From IMG/VR virus record IMGVR_UViG_3300014205_000180, positions 1-64,000 of that record: a stretch of DNA of 64,000 bases, one strand, 5' to 3'. Shown piece after piece: positions 45,860-55,772 of this stretch (the first letter of the stretch is position 1; each line of letters starts with the position of its first letter). Under the pieces are notes generated by a model. It saw nothing but the letters and a program-made list of their open reading frames with translations, made no database searches and was not told the DNA's origin. Source of the stretch: a virus. Taxonomy: Duplodnaviria > Caudoviricetes. The position numbers and the translations under genes are program-made.

Positions 45860-47749
45860 CTACACCAGCATGTCTTGAAATTCACTATAACCAATGATCT
45901 TTGTTCCATAGCTTAGTGCTTTTTCAGTTTTTGTTGAAGTGCTGTCTTTGCTCTTTTGGACTAAATAAGTCAAGCCCTTAGACACACTGGATTTCTCAAC
46001 TGCCCCTAATTGTTCCATTACATCACGCTCTTTATCACTTGGACGCACTCCGGTAAAGCAGAATGATAATCCACTAAGCTTACCATCAGATACGACCTTT
46101 TTTGGTGCATTTAATTTTACGCATGACCTAAGATCATTTATTGTATCTTTAAATACATCTATTGACATTTTCATATCGCGAGCCTTGTTAGGACCCATGT
46201 TATCCTTGGTCGCTAAATCATTAACATCAGCATTAATATAATCATCAGGCGATTGATAGCCAATATGCTTAGCCATTGATCGGCCAAGGAATTTGATTCC
46301 CAAGGACCCCATGAACAAATCAATATCCATAATCCTGGTCTTATCAATTTCCATTACGATCTTAGTTGCGTTCGACTTGCCAAGTACACCATTTCCAATC
46401 TTAATATCCTTAATCATATCAGCATTAAGCTTGTAAAGATCAGAAATTTTCTTAATTATTGGATTGCTACCAGATGTAATCGCCGTAAGCACTTCGTCGC
46501 CAATATTCTTAATATTAGTCTTTTTAATCCAATTTCTGATCAACTCAACACTACGTCCAGGGCATGATTCATTAACACAAAGAGTATATCTTCCATCAAT
46601 CTTTAAAGGCTCTCCGCATACATAGCAGTGAGTTGGGCGAAGATATGGGCCACTAGAATTTTTCTTTAACACTTTAGTGATGTGCGGAATAACGTCACCG
46701 GCACGTTCAATTTCAACTTCATCATCAATATTAATATTAAGGTCATTGATATAATCGAAATTGTTAAGCAGAACATTGCTAATCGTAATTCCACCAACGA
46801 ACACCGGTTCAAGAATAGCAGTCGGAACGATTGCGCCAGTGCTGCCCATCGTAATAGTCATACCCTTAACAATAGTGTTACCCTTGGCAGTCTCAAACTT
46901 CCAAGCAACCTGACCATTTGGGCGGGTTCCATTATCTGAGTAGCCAAGCTGTTCCTGTACGGCAAGGTTATCATAAGCCACAACCATTCCATCAATTTCA
47001 TAATCAAGATTAGGACGACCATCAATATATTGTTTTCTGATATCCTTAATTTCATCAATAGTTTCACAACGATGATACCTAACAACATCAAAACCAAGTG
47101 ACTGTAACCTGACCAGCTTTTCAGTTTGGACACTAATTTCAATGTCTGGATGAACGATATCGAACGCAGCAATAACGATATGCCGATTGTCCTTTTCATT
47201 ATCAGTCTTGCGCAAAACAATACCATTTGCGATATTGCGAGGATTATCAGTACCAGGAAAATGTTCTTTCCAAACGCTGATCTTCATATAAGCTTCTGCA
47301 CGCACGATTAATTGACCATTAACTTTTACTGTCTTAGGAAGATTGCTCCAAAGCAGAGCGTTCTGAGTAATATCTAGTCCCTTTTCTCCATCACCACGAG
47401 TCGCAACACGTGTTAACTTGCCATTGAGATATAAAATTTCCATCGAAGAACCATCTTGCTTGTCAGAAATAAGTACAGCACCATTTTTACTATCATACCA
47501 CTTAAAAAATTCTTCATCATTTGATGCTTTATTCTGGCTACCCATATGCATCAGAAGCTTGACTTCCGAACGGTGTGCATCTATCTTAGCACCAACTTTA
47601 GATAGACGAGGATGACCAGGAGATAACTTAGAGAGCTTATCCTTAAGTTTATCATAATCAGCATCTGACATTAATGCCTTGCCAGAATTATAGTAGGCAT
47701 TATCTGCTTTATCAAGAGCATTGATGATCTGATTAATGATTTCGCTCAT
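45860..47749 (-). CDS. ligA: NAD-dependent DNA ligase
   Basis: YY...D-x-YD, KQDG adenylation motif, TRGDG, EIDG, RAGDVIP, zinc finger, HhH region and BRCT. Confidence 0.95.
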   Translation of the reverse strand: MSEIINQIINALDKADNAYYNSGKALMSDADYDKLKDKLSKLSPGHPRLSKVGAKIDAHRSEVKLLMHMGSQNKASNDEEFFKWYDSKNGAVLISDKQDGSSMEILYLNGKLTRVATRGDGEKGLDITQNALLWSNLPKTVKVNGQLIVRAEAYMKISVWKEHFPGTDNPRNIANGIVLRKTDNEKDNRHIVIAAFDIVHPDIEISVQTEKLVRLQSLGFDVVRYHRCETIDEIKDIRKQYIDGRPNLDYEIDGMVVAYDNLAVQEQLGYSDNGTRPNGQVAWKFETAKGNTIVKGMTITMGSTGAIVPTAILEPVFVGGITISNVLLNNFDYINDLNINIDDEVEIERAGDVIPHITKVLKKNSSGPYLRPTHCYVCGEPLKIDGRYTLCVNESCPGRSVELIRNWIKKTNIKNIGDEVLTAITSGSNPIIKKISDLYKLNADMIKDIKIGNGVLGKSNATKIVMEIDKTRIMDIDLFMGSLGIKFLGRSMAKHIGYQSPDDYINADVNDLATKDNMGPNKARDMKMSIDVFKDTINDLRSCVKLNAPKKVVSDGKLSGLSFCFTGVRPSDKERDVMEQLGAVEKSSVSKGLTYLVQKSKDSTSTKTEKALSYGTKIIGYSEFQDMLV

Positions 47750-47800
47750 ATTATTTTATAACAAAAGACTATAAGTAGTTAATAATTCAAAACTAATTTA

Positions 47801-48058
47801 ATGGATATAAAAGTTAATTCTGTTGTTCAAAAGAGTAAATCTTTGCTAGATATTGTTGGAACAGGTCTAAATAAGCGATATATATCTATATTAATAGATG
47901 GTATAGTTTCAAAAATTACTTACAGAAGTTATAGAAAAATTTCAGTATCAATTCCGCAAACTGTTAATTTATCAGAAATGACAGTAAATGTCCATTTATT
48001 TGTAAATGAACGTAATAATAGACATTATATAGATGTGGGTCCGATAAATGGCTATTAA
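47801..48058 (+). CDS. Ig/IPT-like domain protein, duplicate of the next gene's N-terminus
   Basis: KSLLDIVG-x-GLN...ILIDGI...VNVHLFVNERNNRHYID shared with ORF 48048. Confidence 0.65.
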   Translation: MDIKVNSVVQKSKSLLDIVGTGLNKRYISILIDGIVSKITYRSYRKISVSIPQTVNLSEMTVNVHLFVNERNNRHYIDVGPINGY

Positions 48059-49589
48059 AGTATATTCTGTAACTCAAAATATATCCGATAAATCTTTATT
48101 GGATATAGTTGGAATAGGTCTTAACGAACAATATATAATAATATTAATAGATGGAATAATATCAAAAGTTGTTTTTAGAAATTACAGAAAAATATCAGCA
48201 TCAATACCACAAAATATCAGTAAATTAAAAGTCAATGTCCATCTATTTGTAAATGAACGAAATAATAGACACTATATAGACGCAGGTCCAATAAATTTAA
48301 CAATTGGCTACAAAGATGGTAAGCCATATAACATATATCATGCAGAAAAACAAGAACCGTTAAATCCAACTGAAGATCAGTCATCATTTAGCACTGAAGT
48401 ATTAAGCAGTAAATCCTCAGAATCTTCAGAAATATCATTGTCTGAATCATCAGAATCTTCTTCTTCTAAATCATTATCATCTATATCGTCAAGATCATTA
48501 TCTAGTCTTTCTATATCGTCTATAAGCAGTGAATCATTTTCGCTATCAACTATCTCTTCTGGATCAACAATATCTTCGCAGTCTACTGAATCATTATCAA
48601 CTGTTTCATCACCATCAACTGAATCATCATTATCTTCTGAATCGCTATCAACTATCTCTTCATTGTCTACTGAATCATTATCGACTGCCTCTTCTGGATC
48701 AACTGAATCGTCACTATCTTCTGAATCATTATCAACTGTATCCTCATTGTCTTCTGAATCATTATCAACTGTATCCTCATTGTCTTCTGAATCATTATCA
48801 ACTATATCTTCATTATCAACTGAATCGCTGTCAACTGAATCGTCATTATCAACTGCCTCTTCATTGTCTACTGAATCATCATCAACTGCCTCTTCACTGT
48901 CTACCGAATCATTATCGACTATTTCTTCTGGATCAACTGAATCATCACTATCTGAAACACTATCAACTATATCTTCTGAATCAACTATTTCATCATTATC
49001 TTCTGAATCACTGTCTACTGAATCTTCACTGTCTACTGAATCTTCACTGTCTAGCGAATCATTATCATCACAATCATCTGAATCAACTATTTCTTCAAGC
49101 TCATTATCAACTGAATTATTAAGCTCACATTCATCATCTTACTCTAGTGAATCATTATCTACTGATTCTAGCGAATCATTATCAACTGAGGTATTGAGTA
49201 CCGGATCATCTGATTCAACTTCATCATTATCAACTGAAGTATTAAGCACTGAATCAACATTATCAGAATCTTCTAATTCTTCTGATTCTTCTGATTCATC
49301 AAGATCTTTATCTACTGAAGTATTATCATCTTTATCATCACTAAGTTTATCATCGTCAAGTTCATCATCTTTAAGTTCATCATCGTCATCTGATTCAACT
49401 GAATCAATATCACCAAGCACAGATTCTTCATTATCTACAGAAATAAATTCATCTAATTCTTCTTCATCAGTATCACCATCATCAGTATCACCATCATCAC
49501 AATCAATAACATACTTCTTATATAATAGACCAGATGCAGTTAGTGTTTATAATCAGCCAAATGGTATTGATTTATATTTAAGACCATAA
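48048..49589 (+). CDS. Ser/Thr-rich virion-surface-type protein
   Basis: N-terminal Ig-like domain, about 380 aa of SSESLST repeats and a short C-terminal module. Confidence 0.75.
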   Translation: MAIKVYSVTQNISDKSLLDIVGIGLNEQYIIILIDGIISKVVFRNYRKISASIPQNISKLKVNVHLFVNERNNRHYIDAGPINLTIGYKDGKPYNIYHAEKQEPLNPTEDQSSFSTEVLSSKSSESSEISLSESSESSSSKSLSSISSRSLSSLSISSISSESFSLSTISSGSTISSQSTESLSTVSSPSTESSLSSESLSTISSLSTESLSTASSGSTESSLSSESLSTVSSLSSESLSTVSSLSSESLSTISSLSTESLSTESSLSTASSLSTESSSTASSLSTESLSTISSGSTESSLSETLSTISSESTISSLSSESLSTESSLSTESSLSSESLSSQSSESTISSSSLSTELLSSHSSSYSSESLSTDSSESLSTEVLSTGSSDSTSSLSTEVLSTESTLSESSNSSDSSDSSRSLSTEVLSSLSSLSLSSSSSSSLSSSSSSDSTESISPSTDSSLSTEINSSNSSSSVSPSSVSPSSQSITYFLYNRPDAVSVYNQPNGIDLYLRP

Positions 49590-49615
49590 ACTGACCATTC
49601 AAAGATACATAAGAT

Positions 49616-50041
49616 ATGAGTAAATTAAATTCCAAACTAGATATATTGCTCGAAGACGTTAAAATGTCTCATGAGCACAACGATTCAATCTCTGCAACAT
49701 GTGCAAAGATTAAAGATCTTGAATCTCAAGCAAAAACCGCAAAAGCTGAATTATCGCAATGTATAGATGCCCTTTGTGCCGACTTGGCAAAAGAAATCAG
49801 AAGAATTCAACCAAGTCTAAATGTTACTATGAATAGTATTGGTTGTAATGTCAGTTATAGAGCCAAAGCAATAACCTGCGAGGTAATACCATTTAATGGA
49901 AAATGGAATTTTAATAGTTCAGACTTTGGTAGAATGTTTGTTAGAAGATTTCCAGATTGCTGCGATTTAAGCTGCCCAGCTACACATTTAGCAAAATGCT
50001 TAGCAGAGTTCTTCGTTAATCAATATAGGTCATTAAAATGA
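49616..50041 (+). CDS. hypothetical protein
   Basis: 141-aa ORF, first of a plus-strand structural-type run. Confidence 0.7.
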   Translation: MSKLNSKLDILLEDVKMSHEHNDSISATCAKIKDLESQAKTAKAELSQCIDALCADLAKEIRRIQPSLNVTMNSIGCNVSYRAKAITCEVIPFNGKWNFNSSDFGRMFVRRFPDCCDLSCPATHLAKCLAEFFVNQYRSLK

Positions 50042-50280
50042 CACTTACAACTACTGGCGTTCCAATGGTAGGTATGTATTCTATTAATACTGATGCAGAT
50101 TATATTGATCCAAAATCTGGTATTAAGCGCAAAAAGATTGATAAGACTACTAGATCACCATTCATGAATAAAAAAGATGCAAAAACTCAGCATATTACTG
50201 GAGTAATGGATAATTCTGGTAAGAAAAAGTCAAAAATTGAAGAGAAGATAGATAGAAGAATAAAGGGACTAAATGACTGA
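50038..50280 (+). CDS. basic hypothetical protein
   Basis: 80-aa ORF coupled to neighbours. Confidence 0.6.
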   Translation: MTLTTTGVPMVGMYSINTDADYIDPKSGIKRKKIDKTTRSPFMNKKDAKTQHITGVMDNSGKKKSKIEEKIDRRIKGLND

Positions 50281-50914
50281 TAAAGATAATAGAATAAGAT
50301 TAGATGAACCAATAGTTGATTTTGATAAGTCTGGCACGACTGGCCAGCTTCATGATGAATATCCAACTCCAAAGACGCAGGCTAGATATGATAGGATGCG
50401 TACTTTTCTAATTGGGTTATTATCAAACCAATCAAGTGATGAAGAAGTAGATGGCGCTCCATTTGAAAAGCGTACAGGAACACTATGGTTTAAGAAAAAG
50501 TCTAAATTTTTAGATTTATATAATGGCGAAGAATTTAAAGAATTATCAGAATTTATAGCTGTTACAGTAAATGACGAAAAGAAATCAATAAAGACAGTAT
50601 TAACAGATATTTTATTAAACTTAAAATATTCAGCACCAAGAGTTATTTGGTGCGGTAGATTTATAGATGGTAATGAAATCAATAACATAATAATACCAGT
50701 AGAATATCAAGGATATGCTGCAATTGATAATATGCATCCATTAGTTTATATCAATGGATTATTAATAGATCCGAGAGATACAATTATTCAAGCTGGCGAT
50801 CCTGCATATATTAAAATGAGCGACAATGTTAATCCTAGGCCGAACCAAAAATATACTGTAATAATGGAACACGTAACCGACATAACTCAAGAAGACATTA
50901 TAGGTCAGGGATAA
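50273..50914 (+). CDS. putative virion structural protein
   Basis: GTLWF and VYINGLL motifs typical of baseplate or fibre-associated proteins. Confidence 0.6.
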   Translation: MTDKDNRIRLDEPIVDFDKSGTTGQLHDEYPTPKTQARYDRMRTFLIGLLSNQSSDEEVDGAPFEKRTGTLWFKKKSKFLDLYNGEEFKELSEFIAVTVNDEKKSIKTVLTDILLNLKYSAPRVIWCGRFIDGNEINNIIIPVEYQGYAAIDNMHPLVYINGLLIDPRDTIIQAGDPAYIKMSDNVNPRPNQKYTVIMEHVTDITQEDIIGQG

Positions 50915-50917
50915 ACA

Positions 50918-52000
50918 ATGAATACAACAAAATTCGAAGAATTTTATAATGGATTAAAAAATGATCCGCATGGATCTTTGGGTATCATTGAATTTATTAT
51001 AAAGGATAAAAATGGTAATGTCATCGATCATAAAATAGAAAAGAACATTATTAAAATTTTTGCAAAAGAAATGTTATCGCACAGATTACCAAGTTCAAAA
51101 GTTTGGAATCCAGATGCCAACGGTGGTCTTGGAGCATGGATTGAAACAAATATCGATGTTAACGAAGAATATTCAGCAAGATATGTATTATTTGGAGCAT
51201 CGTTTGATGAGAATGGTGTTCAACTTGGACAAAATGATCCGCGTTATTATACTATAGATACAGTTACTGGTCAGTACATTCCAGTAAAATTAAATCCAAG
51301 TGCTGATTATGATGGTGGATTAATAAATGCCATTCCGATAGCTGAACCATCAAGACCATTAAAGAGAATTGAAAATATAAGCTTCAAGCCTACATATCAG
51401 CCATCTGGATCACCATTAGTTGATGAAAACGTCAGAGCAATCAATAATATAGTAAGTTTAGAAACAACCTTAAGACTTCCAGAATATAATGGATTTGAAT
51501 CAACTGGTGGTGATTATTTCACCATAACCGAAGTAGCGTTGGCTGGTGGAAGACTACTAAATGAAGTTGTAAATTGTGATTGTGATCCAGTCAATTTGTT
51601 CCTTCAGGGTCTTGAGGTATCATCTGGTGGAGCAGAGGTAGCAGTTAATGCTGTCGCAAATGGAACTAACGTCATAACAATTGATACAGGTGAACCAACA
51701 GCTGCAGTTGAATTATTCAAAAACGGTAATCAAATAAAAATAGTTAATCAAGGCGGAACTCAAACAGACCACACTACCTTAAATCAAATAAACCCAAATT
51801 ATCTGATAACAAGCTTCAATAATGGTAGAGACATCCAGCTAGATAGAGTTCCAGTTGATTCAAATGGTGTACCATTGGTTGGTAATATCGGAGTGTTCAA
51901 AAACACTCTCAAGATTTTCAGCCACAGAATTTTATCATACCCAATTCGTAAGAGCGACATTTTTGAAATATTGGTCAGATGGAACATCATATTCAATTAA
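50918..52000 (+). CDS. putative baseplate or tail-collar structural protein
   Basis: KNII...ITEVAL...PIRKS...VRWNI pattern of phage baseplate-type proteins. Confidence 0.6.
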   Translation: MNTTKFEEFYNGLKNDPHGSLGIIEFIIKDKNGNVIDHKIEKNIIKIFAKEMLSHRLPSSKVWNPDANGGLGAWIETNIDVNEEYSARYVLFGASFDENGVQLGQNDPRYYTIDTVTGQYIPVKLNPSADYDGGLINAIPIAEPSRPLKRIENISFKPTYQPSGSPLVDENVRAINNIVSLETTLRLPEYNGFESTGGDYFTITEVALAGGRLLNEVVNCDCDPVNLFLQGLEVSSGGAEVAVNAVANGTNVITIDTGEPTAAVELFKNGNQIKIVNQGGTQTDHTTLNQINPNYLITSFNNGRDIQLDRVPVDSNGVPLVGNIGVFKNTLKIFSHRILSYPIRKSDIFEILVRWNIIFN

Positions 52001-52003
52001 CAC

Positions 52004-53851
52004 ATGAATTCAAATGTTTTATTCAAGAATTTTAGCGACGAATATAGACGGTTAGTACCGGCTAACCCTAACGATTATGCCCCGACAACACCGTTTACAT
52101 TCATGTGCTGGTTTAGGGGTAAAAACAGCAACCTTCATCATCATATTTGTGGACATAAGAATTTAGGGTTTTCTTTCTTTCAAAAACCAATTAAAAAAGA
52201 TTCTCACTTAACTGTAAAAATTGGTATTGATGAAATAGTAAGCCAAGAACCGATACAAAACAACATATGGTATAATTTAACCCTAACATGGGATGGCTCA
52301 TATTTTTCATTTTACACAAATGCTTCGCTAATTGGTAAAATCGAATCATCAAAAATTACATATGGAACAGACTTAGATAAAAATATTTGGGTTTATAAAA
52401 ATTTTGTTGGTTCATCACCATTTCAAATGACTGTTGCTAGTATTGGATTATGGAATAAAGAACTTAGCTTAAATGAAATAATTGATATAATAATGTGTGG
52501 CGGAGTAGAAGATCAGTCATTACTATTATTTGATTTTGTCGATAATGAAAATATTTATGGTGATAATCCACCTAAATCTGTTTTTCAGTTAATAAGAACA
52601 ATTAAAGATGATGGCCCATGCCAATCAGTTAAGCCACCGATTTTAAGTAGTGATTCAGAATTATCTGATGACAGTGTTTCTTCAGAATCATTAAGCAGTG
52701 TTTCTTCAGAACAATCAAGTTCATCATCAACATCATCTGAATCAACAGAAGAATCGTCATCGTCGACGATATCATCGTTATCTAGATCTTGGTCGGTATC
52801 ATCAGAATCTAATTCTAGCGAATCTATTAGCTCCAATTCAACAAGTTCATCATCAAGTGATTCAAGTAATTCCATATCAAGTGTTTCAAATGATTCATCA
52901 TCAAGCAGTTCTGATACTACACTTAGTACATCAACAAGTAGTAAATCTCTTTCATCAGAATCAGGCGTAATTGGTGATCGTGGAATATTTGCTGGCGGAA
53001 ATTCCCTGAATGTGATACAGTATGTTTCAATTGTTTCTACTGGTAATGCTTCTGATTTTGGTGATTTAACACAAGGTGCAGACGAATTGGGATCTTGCGC
53101 TAGCTCCACAAGAGGTATAGTCACAGGTTCACAAAATTACAATTTTTCTGATTATATAACAATATCATCTCTAGGAAATGCATCTAGTTATGGTAATTTA
53201 ACAGTTCATAGATCATCATCAGGTGGTGTATCAAATGAAACTAGAGGAATATTTGCTGGTGGATTTGACTATAGTTTATTAGTTGCTAGTAACGTGATTG
53301 ATTATTTTACAATAGCATCATTAGCAAATGCCACTGATTTTGGCGATGTCACTGTTGCAAAATCGTATATTAGTGGATTAGGTAGTCCGACTAGAGGATT
53401 GTTTTGTGGTGGGTACGACACTTATAGTAATATTGGATTAAACATAATAGACTATGTTACGATAGCGACATTAGGAGACGCCGCAGATTTTGGTGATTTA
53501 ACTATTGGAAGGGCCGGGGCAGGATGTTCAAATGCTACAAGAGGAATAATATTTTCAGGAGCCACTGCAACTGGCCCAGTTAATACTAATGTAATAGATT
53601 ATGTCACGATAGCAACATTAGGAAATGCAACTGATTTTGGTGATTTAAGTTCTACTCCAAGATATGGTGGTGCAGCATTAGCTAATTCAACTAGAGGAAT
53701 ATTTGGCGGCGGTCTTGATAGCGGTAGCACTACTTACAATACTATTGATTATGTTACAATAAGCACGTTAAGTAATTCATCAGATTTTGGAGACTTAATT
53801 AATTACATATTTTTATTAGGCGGATTTTCTAATGCGCACGGAGGTTTGTAG
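52004..53851 (+). CDS. LamG-like domain, Ser-rich linker and repeat beta-propeller virion protein
   Basis: FTFMCW, WYNLTLTWDG and LWNKELS (LamG-like); about 6 repeats of RGIFAGG...IDYVTIATLGNATDFGDL. Confidence 0.75.
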   Translation: MNSNVLFKNFSDEYRRLVPANPNDYAPTTPFTFMCWFRGKNSNLHHHICGHKNLGFSFFQKPIKKDSHLTVKIGIDEIVSQEPIQNNIWYNLTLTWDGSYFSFYTNASLIGKIESSKITYGTDLDKNIWVYKNFVGSSPFQMTVASIGLWNKELSLNEIIDIIMCGGVEDQSLLLFDFVDNENIYGDNPPKSVFQLIRTIKDDGPCQSVKPPILSSDSELSDDSVSSESLSSVSSEQSSSSSTSSESTEESSSSTISSLSRSWSVSSESNSSESISSNSTSSSSSDSSNSISSVSNDSSSSSSDTTLSTSTSSKSLSSESGVIGDRGIFAGGNSLNVIQYVSIVSTGNASDFGDLTQGADELGSCASSTRGIVTGSQNYNFSDYITISSLGNASSYGNLTVHRSSSGGVSNETRGIFAGGFDYSLLVASNVIDYFTIASLANATDFGDVTVAKSYISGLGSPTRGLFCGGYDTYSNIGLNIIDYVTIATLGDAADFGDLTIGRAGAGCSNATRGIIFSGATATGPVNTNVIDYVTIATLGNATDFGDLSSTPRYGGAALANSTRGIFGGGLDSGSTTYNTIDYVTISTLSNSSDFGDLINYIFLLGGFSNAHGGL

Positions 53852-53863
53852 TATTTTATTTTA

Positions 53864-54103
53864 ATGAACGTTAAACTGATATCTATCGGCTTTAAAAATG
53901 ATTCATCAGGCACATATTCAAGACATACCGATAAATATATCTTTTTAAATGTCGATTCTGTTGAATATAAATTCAACTATTATTCTGGTAAACAAGTAGG
54001 ATATTTCAATACTAAAAACAAAGGCTATTGGGTAATATTTACAAGTGATTTATTAAATTTAAAAGAGCATATCAAAACAATAAGCGATATTAATAAGGAG
54101 TAA
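53864..54103 (+). CDS. hypothetical protein
   Basis: 79-aa ORF after GTATTTTA motif. Confidence 0.55.
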   Translation: MNVKLISIGFKNDSSGTYSRHTDKYIFLNVDSVEYKFNYYSGKQVGYFNTKNKGYWVIFTSDLLNLKEHIKTISDINKE

Positions 54104-54107
54104 TAAC

Positions 54108-54374
54108 TTGTTAAAAAATAGTAGGAAGACCGCCATGGAAGAAGACCTTGCAGTAAATGATGTCAGGTTCATTCAGAACCGCCTTCCGTGTGGTATCACC
54201 GAAGTAACTGCATGGTCCCTGATTCCGATCAAGGAATCAAAAGCACATGATATCAATAAACGCCTTGGCACAGAATCCCTTCCTTTAAATTTCAAGATTA
54301 CTCAGAAGAAAGATGGAGCTTGGGTTAGCACTTGGACTTATAATGATTATGAGAGGATAGAAGAAGATGGCTAA
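54108..54374 (+). CDS. hypothetical protein
   Basis: 88-aa ORF (start may be MEED). Confidence 0.6.
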   Translation: MLKNSRKTAMEEDLAVNDVRFIQNRLPCGITEVTAWSLIPIKESKAHDINKRLGTESLPLNFKITQKKDGAWVSTWTYNDYERIEEDG

Positions 54375-54723
54375 ATATTTTTATGGTTTTGATATTCTCC
54401 AAGAATTAATGATTGCAATACCAGTTGAAGGATCAGTAGTATATCCAGATCTAGTTAAAGCTAATAAGACAATTCCTGATACTGTCAAGGATCAGCGTAA
54501 ACAAGTAAACATGGTAATGCATTGGTTGCAGAACAATAATGCTCCAGTAGACATGCTTAATTTTATTGGATCATTACTTGGAAGTAAAATTGATAAAATT
54601 TGGGACCATACCAATGCTGAAATAATGGTAAATAACAACGGAGTTCTTTACACATTAAAAAATGTAAAGATAATTGACGGAATTGAAGAAGTCCTAAAAA
54701 TTAAGAGTCTAAGCACGCCCTGA
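54367..54723 (+). CDS. hypothetical protein
   Basis: 118 aa; the TGA stop lies inside the tRNA-Arg acceptor stem. Confidence 0.65.
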   Translation: MAKYFYGFDILQELMIAIPVEGSVVYPDLVKANKTIPDTVKDQRKQVNMVMHWLQNNNAPVDMLNFIGSLLGSKIDKIWDHTNAEIMVNNNGVLYTLKNVKIIDGIEEVLKIKSLSTP

Positions 54724-54789
54724 TAGCGTAGCGGATAGCGCGAAAGGTTTCTAACCTTTAGGTCCCAGGTTCGAATCCTGGTCGGGGCG
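54717..54789 (+). tRNA. trnR: tRNA-Arg (TCT)
   Basis: GCCCTGA/TCGGGGC acceptor, GGATA D loop (A20), AAAGG-TTTCTAA-CCTTT anticodon arm and CCAGG-TTCGAAT-CCTGG T arm. Confidence 0.92.
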
Positions 54790-54793
54790 CTAA

Positions 54794-54835
54794 AAATGAT
54801 TAAGCCCGCTCAAATTTGAGCGGGCTTAATCATTT
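54794..54835. terminator. perfect 42-bp palindrome, probable bidirectional terminator
   Basis: AAATGATTAAGCCCGCTCAAA-TTTGAGCGGGCTTAATCATTT between the convergent tRNA-Arg and HNH genes. Confidence 0.7.
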
Positions 54836-55346
54836 CTGGCCATAATTTGCTATTGAAATGTTCCTTACGGTGACATACTGAACACATTAAAACACACTTA
54901 TCAATTTCTTTTACAATAGTTTCCCATTTTTTATTTCTTAAATTACTAAAATCTGTATCCTTATCATTATTTGGATGATGAAAATCATAAACAGTTGGAT
55001 GATCTATTAGTCCACATTTAACACATTTACCACCTTTGTATTTAACAGCCATTATTTTCTTTTTATTCCATCTTTTCATTTGATATAAATATAAACATTT
55101 CTTGCAATATGAATGCAAACCACCAGATTTTGATTTCGAATTAAAATCAGTTCGAAGTTTTACCATGCCACAGCAAGAACATTTCCTAGCGCCGTTTGGG
55201 TCAGAAATATCTTTAGTTAGATTAGCTTTTTGCCACAATCTTGAGCATTCTATAGAACAAAATGGATTTTTAGCACTATGCATGCCTCGTTGTCTATATG
55301 TCATTTCTTTAACAACACCACATTGAGTACAGATCATTTGGACCAT
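54810..55346 (-). CDS. HNH endonuclease with N-terminal zinc fingers
   Basis: GGKCVKCG...YDFHH...EIDKCVLMCSVCHRKEH. Confidence 0.85.
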   Translation of the reverse strand: MVQMICTQCGVVKEMTYRQRGMHSAKNPFCSIECSRLWQKANLTKDISDPNGARKCSCCGMVKLRTDFNSKSKSGGLHSYCKKCLYLYQMKRWNKKKIMAVKYKGGKCVKCGLIDHPTVYDFHHPNNDKDTDFSNLRNKKWETIVKEIDKCVLMCSVCHRKEHFNSKLWPEMIKPAQI

Positions 55347-55400
55347 ATTATATATTTGATTAGAATTAAAATTTCTAATCTATAGTACATACAGTATTTT

Positions 55401-55772
55401 ATGATTGTGCCGGATTATTCGCGTTTAAGAAATGCGTTCAACGAAATGTTAAATGAATTGGATCAGTATTACTTAGAAGTATGCCTGACACCAAGCAAGT
55501 ACAGAGAATATGCGATACGTGGTGCTAAAATAAGGACAGTTTTAAATTGTAATCCTAATTGGTATAAAAAATTCTGTGATAAATATCAATCATCGAGAAT
55601 TAGAAAAAGTTCAAAATCAGATACTAGGATTAAAAGAAGAGATGTTATTAGAATATTAGAAAGATTAGCTGGTGGAATTGGTTCTTCTAGTTTTTATGTT
55701 GATGATTTAGTAAAGATAGCTAAATCAGTAAAGATAAAAAGATCAAAGATTTTAGAGGACCCACCATTTTGA
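55401..55772 (+). CDS. basic hypothetical protein
   Basis: 123-aa ORF. Confidence 0.65.
   Translation: MIVPDYSRLRNAFNEMLNELDQYYLEVCLTPSKYREYAIRGAKIRTVLNCNPNWYKKFCDKYQSSRIRKSSKSDTRIKRRDVIRILERLAGGIGSSSFYVDDLVKIAKSVKIKRSKILEDPPF

Noticed and set aside
43869-47615. Several 60-120 aa ORFs overlapping PARP and ligA on the other strand or frame
   Set aside because: They are fully nested in well-supported genes, lack motifs and start signals, and are treated as shadow ORFs.
48529-49420. His/Gln/Leu-rich ORF 48529-49122 and Asp-rich ORF 49139-49420
   Set aside because: These are alternative-frame and antisense shadows of the Ser-rich repeat gene 48048-49589. The same applies to 52585-53124 and 52698-52970.
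54717-54789. Second amber suppressor (the loop contains CTA)
   Set aside because: The AAAGG/CCTTT stem centres the 7-nt loop TTTCTAA on TCT, and the D loop has the Arg identity base A20, so this is tRNA-Arg.
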